Part shown: piece after piece, positions 1 through 11,063 of the stretch
Layout: the number at the start of each line of letters is the position of its first letter
Position numbering within the stretch: position 1 is the first letter of the stretch
Origin: Eubacteriales bacterium
Lineage (GTDB): Bacteria > Bacillota > Clostridia > Oscillospirales > CAG-272
Direction: 5' to 3'
DNA: 64,000 nt
NCBI GenBank assembly: GCA_045658965.1
Contig: JAZOVZ010000106.1
Location: forward strand, 3,618 to 67,617
The notes under the pieces: model-generated
What the model was told of the DNA's origin: nothing
What the model saw: the letters and a program-made list of their open reading frames with translations, nothing else
Database searches by the model: none
Program-made: the position numbers and the translations under genes

Positions 1-3000
1 TAGCACTTCTGTAATTCAGGTATTCCTGATACAGATCGTATTCCTCGGTGCCTTCTTCTGCATCAGAATACTCTGCATAAGATTCATACTCTGCCTCAGA
101 CTTGATTGCAAGAACTGCATCGTAGCCTGCCTTGTACTCTTCCAGAGCTGCTACGTCGGACAGGAAAGGCACGTACATGTCGTTTGCCTGCTTGAATGCG
201 GTTGCTGCATCGTCCAGGGACGCAATTGCAGCTTCTGCAGCTTCTCTTGCATGCTTTCTTGCGATGCTGACTGCCTGCTTATCCTTGAGTGCAAGGACTT
301 CGCCTGCGTTCTCTTCATCATAGATGAAGCTGTCAAGCACGTTCTTGATATCGTCAAGCAGCTCGTCGCTGTCGGGTACGCGGGTACCGGTCCAGAACTC
401 GTGATCAATGATCAGCTTATCCTGAACGTCGCCGAGCACGCCGTTGAGCTCGCCGTACAGATCGATCACGTCATCCTTCCAGATGTCGTAACGAACCGAG
501 TAGTAGTGGCTGAGCAGCTCGTATTCCTTAAGGTTCTGAGTGTTCTGGTAGGACAGGATGTAATAAGGAGCAGCGCCATTCTCAATTGCCTTGAGCATTG
601 CGTACTGAATATTACCTTCCATGTTCAGAGGAGCACCGGTGAAGCTTACGTAACCGTGCAGTACAACGCCTACGAAAGGAACTGCATGTGCTGCGTCGTT
701 GTTACGGCTGGAGTCAAGAGAAACGTCCAGCAGGTGGTCAAGGAACTTCCAGGTAAATGCGTTACCGCCTTCGCTCATCAGCTCAATTTCCTGACCCTGA
801 TTGTTCTTCAAGCCGGACAGGTAATCAAGAGCGTTTGCTACGAATTCCTTGGAGTCCTCGCGGTTGTAAGGATCATCCTCGTCAAAGTCGGAGTTCAGGG
901 TGTTACCCAGGGTGCTGACGGAAATACCGTTTACGTTATCGTACTGGAGGTAGTTTGCGGTCAGCTTTTCATAGAACTTGCTGAATCTCGAGGGGGAGAT
1001 TGCCAGCTGGAAGTGGCTTTCGTGCTTCTGCTTGGTTGCAGAATACTCACGGTAGCTTGCATAACGGTCGTCGATGGTCTTAACTGCGTCCTTATCTCTG
1101 CTTACGCCGTCAAAGGTGTCGGTGTAGCTGATGTAGGAGAAGTCGAAGTCCGGGAAGATGCCCATGTTGCTGCCGTCGCCCTTAGCGTTAACTTCTGCTG
1201 CATAATCAACCAGAGCCTGGAAGCCGTCCTTACCGCCGACTGCCTTTTCCCACTTGAGCTTGGAAGGCACGGTGGAGAACATACCGCCGTTTGCATAACC
1301 GGTCAGCTTGAAGTTGATGTTGGTCACGCCTTCAGCTGCCAGCTCGTCGTACATGGTCTTAACGTCCTCAAAGGTGGTCAGAGGAGTCATAACGTCCACG
1401 GGAATGGACATGATTCTCTGGGTGGTTTCCAGAGCACCGAAGGTTTCGATGTACAGAGGAATGTTTTCACCAACCTGCTCTGCGGTCAATCTGGTCAGGT
1501 AGCCGCCGCGGTCCAGATAATCTCTGTATGCCAGTGCCATACCCATCCAGGAGGTTTCGTAGTAGTCGGTAACGCCCTTTTCGGCTGCCAGATCGTCATC
1601 GCCCAGCATGACGTAACGGATCTTATAGTTACCTACGTACTTTCTTTCACTTACAACCGTCCAGGTAGCGTCCGAACCTACGGAAATGGAGTCCTGCAGG
1701 TTGTAGGAGTCACTGGGTCTGGGGTTGAATACCATCTTTACGGTGTTGTAATCACTCAGAGAGCCTGCGTGATAGGTCATGATATCGGTCAGAGCGTCGC
1801 CCTCTTCCATGATGGCAACGTAACCGCGATCCTGCTCGCGCTTTACGGACTCAATAGCAGTGTTACCGATGAGTGCACCGTACTTGGTTACAAGCGCGGG
1901 AGGAGTGTCCGCACCCGTTGCGGTTTCGTAGTATCTGTTGATCTGATCTACGAGTGCGCCGGACAGGGTGGTGACTTCCTTGATCTCCTCACCGGACTCT
2001 TCGTCCACGGTGGTCTCGATGTAATCGTAGTAAACGGTGTTTTCAACAACGCCGAATACGGGGAATCTGATAGCCTGCTGATAGGTACCGGTGATGCTGT
2101 GGTAAGCAAAGTCGGTGCCGTAGACCTTACCTCTTACGGTTCTGGTCTTGGTGTCTGCGATGTCGTCAAACTCGTAGAGCGAGCCTGCGCCGTCGGGATA
2201 GAAGGTATAGCCTTCATACGCGCTGTTACCTGCGCCCATGTAAGGCAGAACCTGCAAGGATTCCAGCTGATACATCTGCTCGTTGAAGCGGATACCGTTA
2301 GCGGGAAGTCTGACGGTCATGCCGTTTTCATCCAGCGTGTACTCCAGAGACAGCTTGAACAGAGGCGGGTTCTTATCCTGTGCCTCGTATTCGGTCTCAG
2401 CGTGGTCAGCATCCAGTTCTTCGTAAGTGTACTCGGGGCAATAAGTCTTGATCATGCCCTCGATTCTGTTCTTCTCGACCTCGGATGCCTTATCGTCGAA
2501 TACGTAAACTTCCATCTTTTCTACGATGGGGAATACTTCGATCAACTCGGCACGTGCTCTCTCGGACAGACCCTCAAGAGACTTCTTGAGGTAGTAAGCG
2601 GTCAGCTTACTGTAGTCGAATTCGGAGATACCGTTTTCCAGAGCGGGAGCACAGATGACTTCCTCAAAACGCTCAACGCTGATCATACCGGGAACCAGCT
2701 TTCTTGCCTGTTCTCTACCCAGCGTATACTGTACGCGGATACCGTTCTTGATCTGCTTCACTGTGATCTGATCCTTCAGAGCTGCCATTTCGTAGCTCAC
2801 GAAGGTGGGAGACTGGTTGTTATCGGTGTACTGAATGACGATCTGCGAGAGCAGCTCGTTCTTGGTGTTGGTAGAACCAAGAGTGGAAGTACCGATATCA
2901 TAGGGGTTGGTGAACAGAATTTCACCGGTCTTTGTGTTGCGGTATGCAACTTCACCCGAGAAAGCGTCTACGTAAAGCTCGTAGTCGCCCTTGGTCAGCC

Positions 3001-3232
3001 AAGGACCTTCCTTGCCATTTCTGTCAAGCATGGATGCCAGCTTTTCCTCGGGATTTGTGAACACCAGCGTGGTGTAGTCAATGGTCTCCTCGACCTCTTC
3101 CTTCTTGTCGGTGGTCTCCTTGTCGGTTTCCTCCTCAGCAGCGGATGCGCTGAAGATGGAAAGCACGCTCAGAGAACCCAGCATCAACATTACAGCTAAG
3201 AGCAAAGAGATAAATTTGATTTGATTTTTCAT
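1..3232 (-). CDS. Large secreted protein, N-terminus complete, C-terminus beyond window edge (DUF5696-like by recollection; function unknown)
   Basis: The minus-strand frame is open from ATG 3232-3230 (SD GGAGGGAAAGG just upstream) to position 2, so it has no stop in the window and is absent from the ORF track. My translation starts MKNQIKFISLLLAVMLMLGSLSVLSIFSASAAEEE (signal peptide) and continues for more than 1070 aa. The 982-aa plus-strand ORF 251..3199 is its antisense shadow. Confidence 0.8.
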   Translation of the reverse strand, partial: MKNQIKFISLLLAVMLMLGSLSVLSIFSASAAEEETDKETTDKKEEVEETIDYTTLVFTNPEEKLASMLDRNGKEGPWLTKGDYELYVDAFSGEVAYRNTKTGEILFTNPYDIGTSTLGSTNTKNELLSQIVIQYTDNNQSPTFVSYEMAALKDQITVKQIKNGIRVQYTLGREQARKLVPGMISVERFEEVICAPALENGISEFDYSKLTAYYLKKSLEGLSERARAELIEVFPIVEKMEVYVFDDKASEVEKNRIEGMIKTYCPEYTYEELDADHAETEYEAQDKNPPLFKLSLEYTLDENGMTVRLPANGIRFNEQMYQLESLQVLPYMGAGNSAYEGYTFYPDGAGSLYEFDDIADTKTRTVRGKVYGTDFAYHSITGTYQQAIRFPVFGVVENTVYYDYIETTVDEESGEEIKEVTTLSGALVDQINRYYETATGADTPPALVTKYGALIGNTAIESVKREQDRGYVAIMEEGDALTDIMTYHAGSLSDYNTVKMVFNPRPSDSYNLQDSISVGSDATWTVVSERKYVGNYKIRYVMLGDDDLAAEKGVTDYYETSWMGMALAYRDYLDRGGYLTRLTAEQVGENIPLYIETFGALETTQRIMSIPVDVMTPLTTFEDVKTMYDELAAEGVTNINFKLTGYANGGMFSTVPSKLKWEKAVGGKDGFQALVDYAAEVNAKGDGSNMGIFPDFDFSYISYTDTFDGVSRDKDAVKTIDDRYASYREYSATKQKHESHFQLAISPSRFSKFYEKLTANYLQYDNVNGISVSTLGNTLNSDFDEDDPYNREDSKEFVANALDYLSGLKNNQGQEIELMSEGGNAFTWKFLDHLLDVSLDSSRNNDAAHAVPFVGVVLHGYVSFTGAPLNMEGNIQYAMLKAIENGAAPYYILSYQNTQNLKEYELLSHYYSVRYDIWKDDVIDLYGELNGVLGDVQDKLIIDHEFWTGTRVPDSDELLDDIKNVLDSFIYDEENAGEVLALKDKQAVSIARKHAREAAEAAIASLDDAATAFKQANDMYVPFLSDVAALEEYKAGYDAVLAIKSEAEYESYAEYSDAEEGTEEYDLYQEYLNYRSA

Positions 3233-3262
3233 ATAAATTACCTTTCCCTCCTATCTGTAGCG

Positions 3263-5416
3263 TTACATGCGGTACTGCAGCTCGGTGACGATGTTGGTAC
3301 CCAGGGATACCAGCTTACCAACGAGCGTGGTAAACAGGATTGCAATGAACATGATAAATACCATGCCAAGCACTGTTCCAAGAATCGTGATCAGATTCTT
3401 TACGATGGAGTAGTCGTGAGTTACCTGCGTGCCGAAGAAGATCAGGACACCCATCCACAAGAAAGAGAGGGTGGTGACCAGAGCGATCAGCTCGACCTCG
3501 GTGGCGATTGCGAAGTTGGAGTAAATGGTTGCGGGAATGACCAGCAACGGAATGGGCATCATACTGTAAGAGCATGCGATGTAGATATCCTTGAAGCTGC
3601 CTTCACCTTCAAACAGAGTGGTCAAGCACCAGTTTGCGGTGACAAACAGAAGCAGAGGAACCATTACCGAAATTGCCTGTGCCCAAATGGTAGAGAAGCC
3701 GCCGTAGGGATTCATCAGATATCCCTGACCGATAGACTGGTAGAAGAAGGACAGAATGACGATGAGGTTGATGGTAACCGCACCGCGCAGCGAGCCGCGA
3801 CGCTCGTGCTTGAGGTCCCAGAAGCCGTCGAAAGGATGCAGCATGACGTAGAACGCATATAGCAGCTCCTCCCAGTAGGTTCTTCTCTGATCAGCCTTCT
3901 TAATTCTCTTGTTGACCTTGCCGATATACTTAGCCACAAGAAGGACAACAACGATCAGTGCTACGATACCGATCAGAAGGAACAGGAAGTACTTGGACAT
4001 GAATTCCTTTCTGATGTCCTTGTAGGAGTTGGACCAGTTGTCGGTATCATAAGCAGCCTCAAAGTATTCAAGGGATTCCTCAAAATCACCTCTGCGGTAC
4101 ATTGCCTGACCGATACCGATGTAGGCTGCGTCGAAGTTGGAGTTTCTCTTAAGAACGTCAGTCCAGAGGTTGATCGCCTCGTTGTAGTCCTGACGGTTCT
4201 CTGCTGCGATCGCATCCAGCAGTACGTCACCGTACTCTGTACGCTCGAATACCGTGATGGTATCCTTATCCTTGTCCAGGATCAGCATGGTGTCGCCCTG
4301 ATAGCAGATCGCCTCAATGCTGGAGATATTACCCAGCATGTTACCTTCCTTATCACCGAAGGCGAACAGGAGGTTACCGTCAAAGTCGTAGGTGTAGATC
4401 TTACTACGCTTTTCGTCGATGATAGACCAGGTCTGCTCAGGACCGCTTGCTACGTCGATCAGCGTGGAAACACCGGTAGGAACGCCCTTGGAGGCGTCGG
4501 TAGATCTTGCACCGAAGATATCGATTTCACCGGAAGGCGGATAGAAGCCGTTACGACGCATGATCTCGTCACCTGCCTGGTTGAGCAGCTTAACGGGTGC
4601 GTACTTACCGGTCTTATCCTTTGCAGTAATGGTACCTGCAACGGAGCCCTCGTCGATGGTGGAGGTGGTTACGTAAATGAAGTCGCCGTTGAGTGCGATG
4701 TTGTTGTACTCGGTTGCAACGTAGGTCTCGGAGTTCTCTCTCTGCTCTTCGGTCTGGAATCTTCTCCAAACGATCTCCCAAGCGGAAATGGTAACTGCCT
4801 GTGCACCGATAAAGCCGGTAAACTCACCGCTACTGGTCATTACGATGATACCCTGGTAGGTGGTGGAGGATACGACGTACAGCTTTTCGTACTTATCTAC
4901 TGCGATAGCAACCGGCTTATAGACCGAGTTGTCATCGAACAGAGGAGATTCGGGCTCTTCAATGACGCGGCTGAACGAACCGTCGCGGTTGAACACGACG
5001 ATACGGTTTGCACCGGTGTCACATACCCAGATGTAACGCTCGGAAACGAATACACCCTGGGGTGCGCTCAGGCTGTCCATAACGCCCTGTCCGTTACGGA
5101 AGGCGGAAATGGTGAACTTGAGCTTGTAGTAACGGTCAAGAACAACGATACGGTTGTTTGCAGTATCTGCAATGTAAACGTTGCCCTGGTCGTCACAGAT
5201 CAGGTCGCCGGGGTTGTCGATCGGAACGTCAAGTCCCATGTAAGCGGAATCAACAACCTTGTCAGCGGTGTAAGCATCAGGCGAATACAGCGCGTATCCG
5301 TCGATGGAGTAGGTGTAGGTCTGATATGCGGAGCTTGCCGTAGCAGGAAGGACCAGGCAGGAAGCGACCATCATGATCGAGAACAGTACACTTAATATAA
5401 TTGTAAGCTTTTTCAC
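3263..5416 (-). CDS. Membrane protein with NHL-repeat beta-propeller, TPR-like segment and C-terminal Yip1-like multi-TM domain
   Basis: 717-aa ORF with GTG start and SD AGGAGGGAAG. It has an N-terminal signal/TM and NHL-type repeats (NRIVVLDR, ANRIVVFNRDG). A TPR-like stretch (NFDAAYIGIGQAMYRRGDFEESLEYFEAAY) is followed by 5-6 hydrophobic helices. Confidence 0.75.
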   Translation of the reverse strand: MKKLTIILSVLFSIMMVASCLVLPATASSAYQTYTYSIDGYALYSPDAYTADKVVDSAYMGLDVPIDNPGDLICDDQGNVYIADTANNRIVVLDRYYKLKFTISAFRNGQGVMDSLSAPQGVFVSERYIWVCDTGANRIVVFNRDGSFSRVIEEPESPLFDDNSVYKPVAIAVDKYEKLYVVSSTTYQGIIVMTSSGEFTGFIGAQAVTISAWEIVWRRFQTEEQRENSETYVATEYNNIALNGDFIYVTTSTIDEGSVAGTITAKDKTGKYAPVKLLNQAGDEIMRRNGFYPPSGEIDIFGARSTDASKGVPTGVSTLIDVASGPEQTWSIIDEKRSKIYTYDFDGNLLFAFGDKEGNMLGNISSIEAICYQGDTMLILDKDKDTITVFERTEYGDVLLDAIAAENRQDYNEAINLWTDVLKRNSNFDAAYIGIGQAMYRRGDFEESLEYFEAAYDTDNWSNSYKDIRKEFMSKYFLFLLIGIVALIVVVLLVAKYIGKVNKRIKKADQRRTYWEELLYAFYVMLHPFDGFWDLKHERRGSLRGAVTINLIVILSFFYQSIGQGYLMNPYGGFSTIWAQAISVMVPLLLFVTANWCLTTLFEGEGSFKDIYIACSYSMMPIPLLVIPATIYSNFAIATEVELIALVTTLSFLWMGVLIFFGTQVTHDYSIVKNLITILGTVLGMVFIMFIAILFTTLVGKLVSLGTNIVTELQYRM

Positions 5417-5433
5417 GATTCTTCCCTCCTGTC

Positions 5434-6306
5434 TTAGTCTTTCATACCGGACGAGCCCATGGTTTCAATGATGTTGGACTGCGATACCACGAATACCGTG
5501 ATCGGAACCATCATCATAATAACCGTAGAAGCTGCGGCTGCACCTGCACGCGCGATACCGCCTGCGGTGATCTGGCCAATTGCGTAGTTAAAGGATTTGA
5601 GCTGCTCGGAGTGGATGTACATCGAAGCACCTGCGTTCCAAAGACCCTGGAACGAATAGATGATCAGCGTCAGCCACGCGGGCTTAACCATGGGCATTGC
5701 GATGACCCAGTAGGTCTTGAGCTCGCTTGCGCCGTCAAGTCTTGCAGACTCCAGCACAGAGTCGTTTACGTTGGTGTCCATGAACTGCTTCATCAGGTAA
5801 AGACCCAGCGAAGAGCACCATGCGGGAACGATGATTGCCCAGTATGTATCAACGAAGTGCAGCAAGGACATCAGCATGAAGGATGCGATTGCGGTAACGG
5901 TTGCGTTGAACATCAGGGACAGCTGAACTGCCTGGAACATCCAGCCTCTGCCCGGGAACTTGATCTTTGCCAGCGCATATGCTGCAAGAGAAGCCAGGAA
6001 CAGGTGTCCGAAGGTACCCGCTACAGAAGTAAACACGGTGTTGAAAATGTAACGAGAGAACGGAACCCAAGAGGTGTTCATCAGGTTGAACAGGTCAATA
6101 AAGTTATCCAGCGTGGGGGACATAACGTAAAATCTGGGGGGATACATCCAAAGCTCATCCAAAGGCTTTACGGACTGCATGAGCACGTACAGCATGGGAA
6201 GGAACATGAATGCACCGAGAATAACGAGTACAAACGTGATACCCGCGTCGCCTCCCGCAGAACGGGCAAGTACGACTTTATGTTTTCTTGTTCTAAGCTT
6301 TGCCAT
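5434..6306 (-). CDS. Carbohydrate ABC transporter permease (MalG/CUT1-like)
   Basis: 290 aa with multiple TM segments. EAA-loop motif LESARLDGASELKTYWVIAMPMVKPA. Abuts the upstream permease gene. Confidence 0.9.
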   Translation of the reverse strand: MAKLRTRKHKVVLARSAGGDAGITFVLVILGAFMFLPMLYVLMQSVKPLDELWMYPPRFYVMSPTLDNFIDLFNLMNTSWVPFSRYIFNTVFTSVAGTFGHLFLASLAAYALAKIKFPGRGWMFQAVQLSLMFNATVTAIASFMLMSLLHFVDTYWAIIVPAWCSSLGLYLMKQFMDTNVNDSVLESARLDGASELKTYWVIAMPMVKPAWLTLIIYSFQGLWNAGASMYIHSEQLKSFNYAIGQITAGGIARAGAAAASTVIMMMVPITVFVVSQSNIIETMGSSGMKD

Positions 6307-6307
6307 A

Positions 6308-7255
6308 TTACGTACCTACCTTCGAAAGCATTCTCTTAACCAGGGAGTTTGCACCTACCATGATGCAGAACAGGATTACGGCGATTGCCGAGGAGTAACC
6401 CATTTCAAAACGCATACCACCGTAGTCGTTGAGGTGGTGCATGATGGTGTGTGCTGCGTAGTTTACGGACGGGAATCCGCACAGTGCGTCAACGACGCCA
6501 CCGAAGCCGAACGCACCGGTGATTGCCATGACTGCACCGAACATCAGCTGCGGCTTCATGTTAGGCAGCGTGATGTAGTAAAGCTCCTGCCAACGGTTCT
6601 TGATACCGTCAACCGCGCCTGCCTCAAACTGTGCACGGTCGATACCCTGCAAACCTGCGATGAATGCAAGGAACGAAGTACCCAGCGAGATCCAGAGTGC
6701 AACTACGATACAAAGGGGCATGACCCACTTTTCATTCTGGAAGAACGCGATTTCTTTTGTGATAATACCTAATTTGATCAGGGTTGCGTTTGCCCAACCG
6801 TAGGAGTCTGCCGAGAAAAGCGTACCCCAAATCAAGTAAACGTTACCACCGATGGAGGGAGCGTAGAAGACCAGAGTGACAAGCGCTCTGATTCTGGGAG
6901 GCAGCTCATTGATGAACCACGCTACCAGGAAGGACATCAGGTAGGACACAGGTCCTACGACGACTGCGAAGATCAACGTATTCTTGATTGCGATGAGGAA
7001 GATATCGTCATCGAAGAACAACGAAACGTAGTTGTCCAGGAATACGAAGTTGGGCCATTCAAGCAAGTTAAAGTCTGTAAAGCTGACGACGATAGACAGT
7101 ACGACAGGCATGACAGTGAACATTGCAAAGAGAATCATATAAGGTGCAACCATGAAGTATGCAACCTTATTGCGTACCACCTCTTTCAAGATCCACTGAG
7201 TCTTGGTAAGGTCTTTACGAGTACCAGCTTTTTTGGTTGCTGTGTTCTTAGACAT
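6308..7255 (-). CDS. Sugar ABC transporter permease (MalF/CUT1-like)
   Basis: 315 aa and TM-rich. EAA-type loop FEAGAVDGIKNRWQELYYITLPNMKP. Confidence 0.9.
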   Translation of the reverse strand: MSKNTATKKAGTRKDLTKTQWILKEVVRNKVAYFMVAPYMILFAMFTVMPVVLSIVVSFTDFNLLEWPNFVFLDNYVSLFFDDDIFLIAIKNTLIFAVVVGPVSYLMSFLVAWFINELPPRIRALVTLVFYAPSIGGNVYLIWGTLFSADSYGWANATLIKLGIITKEIAFFQNEKWVMPLCIVVALWISLGTSFLAFIAGLQGIDRAQFEAGAVDGIKNRWQELYYITLPNMKPQLMFGAVMAITGAFGFGGVVDALCGFPSVNYAAHTIMHHLNDYGGMRFEMGYSSAIAVILFCIMVGANSLVKRMLSKVGT

Positions 7256-7298
7256 TTACACTAATCTCCTTTTCTTGATCTGAAATAATGGTACTTAA

Positions 7299-10200
7299 TT
7301 ATTGATAGGATTCCAGAGCGGCAGCAGCGTCACCCAGGAAATCTGCCAGGCAGTATGCAACAAGCTCGGAAGTTTCCGCATACTGATATACCTGATATGC
7401 GTAGCAAGGATTCTGCTCGTCGTTCTTGATAGCCTCGAACTGTGCCTTGATGTTCTCTTCGGTGGCGATTTCATAAGCTATCTTATAGAACATTTCGGAA
7501 GCGGTTGCGATATCCGCCATGTTTTCACGCTTGAGTGCATCCTTTGCGTGTGCGATCTCTTCAGCGTACTTACCTGCGGTATCAAGCTGCTCGAACTTCT
7601 CCAACAGACCCATGCTCTGCTCCATACGCTTGGAAGCCAGCGTCTCGTCTACCTCAAGAGTTTCCAGACCGAATTCCTTACGCTTTCTGGTGATCTCTTT
7701 ATTAATGGTAGTAATGTAGCTCATCAGAGACTCGGAGGGGTTAGCATTGTCGTTGTAAGCAGACAGGAATGCGAACTGGGTGTATCTGCCCAGAATGTAA
7801 GAGCCGGGGTAGTTGGGCACGGATGCGAGGTTCTCGAACTGTGCCTGAATCTGCTTGAGCTCTGCGGTGGTCCAAGGCAGCTCTGCAAGTGCCTCTCTGT
7901 TTGCGGTGTTGTACTTAGCTGCAGGACCGATGATAGCAACCATCTCGTTGGAGTATTCCTGCTGGCAGTCAGCACCGGTGAACCATCTGATATAGTTCCA
8001 AGCGCCTTCCTCGTTGGAGCAGCCCTTTACGATAACGCTTGCAGCAACGGAGGATACGGTCTGGTTGTTGATCTTGGTCTCGCCGTTTTCGTCAACGTAC
8101 AGCGTACCGGGCATGGGACGGAATTCCCACAGACCCTCGATTTCGGTTGCGAATACCTTGAGCTGGTTGTACATACCAACGTAGTCAGCGATCAGAATGG
8201 GCATTTCACCGGTTCTGAAACGGTTAGCTGCGTCGTAGGTGTAGGGGAAGTTATACTGTGTAAACATGTTACACATCTTTTCAAATGCGGTCAGACCCTT
8301 CTTGGAGTCGAGGTTGATTCTCATACCGCCGTCTGCATAGAGGTCACCGTTGTCCTGATACAGGAACACGCTGTAGTCGGTGGAAAGACCGATCATCATG
8401 TTCTTTGCCTGCAGGTCGGGAATTGCAGCTAGGATATCGTCCCAGGTCTCGGGAACAGGGATATCGTTCTCTGCCAGGATGTCGATACGAACGAACATCA
8501 TGGTAAAGCCCTGTGCCTCGGGCAGACCGTAGTAGTGCATATCACCGTCGGGGTTCTCTACACCAAGAACCAGCATAGCAGCATCGTTGAAATTGCTGAT
8601 GGTGTCGGTCCACTCGGTGTTGGAGGTCAGATAACCGTCCTTGACCTTCTGCTCACCGACGTTGTTTGCAATGGTATCTACCTCAAGCAGTGCGGAACGG
8701 ATCGCGTAGTTGATGACGTCACCCTGACCAAGGCCGAGGTAAGCATCGGGACCCTTGCCCGCAAGAATGGAGGGCAGCAGCGTGCCGCCTGCGACCAGCT
8801 TAAGGTCAACTGCAGTACCGCCGATGTATTCGCCCTTTTCGTTGAGAGCGGTGTAAGGGCTGAACTCGTTGTTAACGAGGTTTCTGATAACCTGTGCCTG
8901 GTCACGGCCGGTTGCGATCCATACCTCCAGCGCTTCATCCTCGTCTACAACGGACATAGAGCCCATGCTGTTGTAGTCACGGAAGAAGGACATTACGAAG
9001 GACTTGATCTCGTGCCATGCAGCCTGGAACACGTTAGCCTTTGCCTTTACCTTATAATTATAATCGGAAGCATCTGCGCCATACTGCTCACTGCCGCGGA
9101 TGACCATGTAGTCAATTTCAAGCGGCTGCGTCTTTGCGCTGGACAGGAAGGTACCCAGCGTACCGATGTAAGACTTCAAGCTTTCCAGGTTCTTAGCGAT
9201 CTCGTCCTCATCGGTACCCATATCGTGCAGAAGCTTTGCGATCTTCTGCAGCGTACCTACGTTGGAGGACTTCTGACCTGCCATGTTGGTCAGACGCTCG
9301 GCAATGGATACACCGTACTTCTCGGGGTTATCGTTGTCAAGCTTTCTGGAGTTAACGACCATGTCGACCAGAACGTCGGGCATCACGCGAGAGAAGCTGT
9401 AATCGCTGTACTCGTCGGGGGTGGTACCGGTCAGCTGGATGATCTGCAGATAGTCGTCGTTGATAACTTCAAGGATCTCCTCAACCTCACGGACGATATC
9501 GCCCATGGTACCGAGGGTTACTTCAAGTCTGAGTGTATAGGTGGTGTTAGCTGCGAGGTAGATCGCGTACTCCTTGGCGTTACCGTTTGCATCGAGCTCG
9601 TCGGATGCAAGCTGGGTGGTCTGCCATGCGGAGTCGTAATTGTACTGCAGCTTCTGAGCCTCTGCGAAGGGAGAGCCGTTGTAGTAGCCCGCATCGCCCT
9701 CGGAAAGACCCTCGCTGTACAGCAGCAGCGAACGGCAGACGAACATACCGTCCAGCACCTTCTGTCTGAAGCGGGTGACGATATCGTACATGCCCGCACC
9801 GTTTTCGGTGGTGGTAAAGGTAAATTCGATCCACTGGCCTGCGCCCTGCCACTTCTCACCGCCCACGGTGTTGAGCATAACGCGGGTGGTATCGGAGGGA
9901 GAGGTTACCGCATTGGTTCTGTCCTCAATCGCGTAAATGGTCTTGGAGGACATGTTCTGCATGTGCTCAGCCTCCAGCTTGATCTCGTCCTTACCTGCAG
10001 TAAGGCTGCCAAGCTTTGCGGTCAGGTCCGCGATGTAATCCTCATAGGTAACAACTTCCTCTGCAGGATACAGCGTAATGGACTTGATGACCATAGGCTC
10101 GTTCTGACCCTGAATGGTCAGCTTGTTCTCGCCTGCTTCCAGGTAGAACTCATACTCACCGGAATAGTAGCCGGTGGTGTCGCGCAGGCTGAACTCGATC

Positions 10201-11063
10201 CACTCGGGAGTCTGCACGGCGGTGGGACGCAGCTCGTTGTTCTCAATATCGTTTCTGAAGAAACGGATCTCGTGAGAATCAACAAACTCGGTATTTGCAA
10301 CCGTCCACGTCTCGGGGAACTCAACCGTTGCGTACACGTTGTACTCGGTCTTGTTCTTACCGAAGATGTTCTGCTTGATCTCCTCCTTGACAACAAAGCC
10401 TGCAACCAGACCTGCTGCCTCTGCTTCAGCCTTGAATTCCTTCAGAGCGGAAGCAACGTCTGCGGGAAGATCGCTTTCGGTGATTGCAGATACGTCTGCA
10501 ACGTCCTCCAAAGAACCAACCTGGTAAAGACCAAGCTGGTACTCGCTGCTCCAGTTCTTGGAGAGCGTCAGATAGCGTGCCTCACCGAAAGGCACCTTAT
10601 CATTGATCTTGAATACGCGCTCGATAGCAGCTGCCTTACCGACAACGGGATAGTACTCGATCTTGATCGCGTACTTTGCGCTTTCGGGCACGTTGACGAG
10701 CCAGGATACTTCGCCCTCAGAAGAGGTGAACAAGCCCTCGGCTACGCCGTCCTTATCTTTGTCCGCAAGACGGATATCACCGGCTGCCGCATCCGCATCG
10801 GATACGATAAAGCCCGTGGCAGCGTCAATCGTAATGGTCTGCGTGGCCTTCTTGTAGCCCTCGCCCGAATACTTCGCAGAGTATTCGCCATACGAAATTG
10901 CGTTCAAAAGCTCTTTGATCTCAGCCAATGCATCCTGCGTTTCCGAAGATGTAGACGTTTCCTGACTGTCACTTGCTGCAAAAGTTGCAACGGTTCCGCC
11001 ACCAACCAGGAAGGTCAAAGCCAAAATCAAAGACAGAAGCTTAGTAAATTTCGCTTTTCCCAT
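7299..11063 (-). CDS. Giant extracellular solute-binding protein (about 1254 aa) with long N-terminal beta-rich extension
   Basis: The ORF is listed as 7299..11081. I move the start to ATG 11063 (MGKAKFTKLLSLILALTFLVGGGTVATFAAS, signal peptide) after GGAGGA. The C-terminal roughly 500 aa look like a family-1 SBP (LEVWIATGRDQAQVIRNLVNNEF..GKGPDAYLGL). The N-terminal roughly 700 aa are repeated beta-sandwich/CBM-like sequence. It is the first gene of the permease operon. Confidence 0.8.
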   Translation of the reverse strand: MGKAKFTKLLSLILALTFLVGGGTVATFAASDSQETSTSSETQDALAEIKELLNAISYGEYSAKYSGEGYKKATQTITIDAATGFIVSDADAAAGDIRLADKDKDGVAEGLFTSSEGEVSWLVNVPESAKYAIKIEYYPVVGKAAAIERVFKINDKVPFGEARYLTLSKNWSSEYQLGLYQVGSLEDVADVSAITESDLPADVASALKEFKAEAEAAGLVAGFVVKEEIKQNIFGKNKTEYNVYATVEFPETWTVANTEFVDSHEIRFFRNDIENNELRPTAVQTPEWIEFSLRDTTGYYSGEYEFYLEAGENKLTIQGQNEPMVIKSITLYPAEEVVTYEDYIADLTAKLGSLTAGKDEIKLEAEHMQNMSSKTIYAIEDRTNAVTSPSDTTRVMLNTVGGEKWQGAGQWIEFTFTTTENGAGMYDIVTRFRQKVLDGMFVCRSLLLYSEGLSEGDAGYYNGSPFAEAQKLQYNYDSAWQTTQLASDELDANGNAKEYAIYLAANTTYTLRLEVTLGTMGDIVREVEEILEVINDDYLQIIQLTGTTPDEYSDYSFSRVMPDVLVDMVVNSRKLDNDNPEKYGVSIAERLTNMAGQKSSNVGTLQKIAKLLHDMGTDEDEIAKNLESLKSYIGTLGTFLSSAKTQPLEIDYMVIRGSEQYGADASDYNYKVKAKANVFQAAWHEIKSFVMSFFRDYNSMGSMSVVDEDEALEVWIATGRDQAQVIRNLVNNEFSPYTALNEKGEYIGGTAVDLKLVAGGTLLPSILAGKGPDAYLGLGQGDVINYAIRSALLEVDTIANNVGEQKVKDGYLTSNTEWTDTISNFNDAAMLVLGVENPDGDMHYYGLPEAQGFTMMFVRIDILAENDIPVPETWDDILAAIPDLQAKNMMIGLSTDYSVFLYQDNGDLYADGGMRINLDSKKGLTAFEKMCNMFTQYNFPYTYDAANRFRTGEMPILIADYVGMYNQLKVFATEIEGLWEFRPMPGTLYVDENGETKINNQTVSSVAASVIVKGCSNEEGAWNYIRWFTGADCQQEYSNEMVAIIGPAAKYNTANREALAELPWTTAELKQIQAQFENLASVPNYPGSYILGRYTQFAFLSAYNDNANPSESLMSYITTINKEITRKRKEFGLETLEVDETLASKRMEQSMGLLEKFEQLDTAGKYAEEIAHAKDALKRENMADIATASEMFYKIAYEIATEENIKAQFEAIKNDEQNPCYAYQVYQYAETSELVAYCLADFLGDAAAALESYQ

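Noticed and set aside
251-3199. 982-aa plus-strand ORF, the longest ORF listed at the left end
   Set aside because: Its composition is typical of an antisense frame: V/G/L/C-rich, with no motifs and no SD. The opposite strand carries an uninterrupted frame with SD, ATG and a signal peptide that runs off the window. The true gene is therefore complement(<1..3232).
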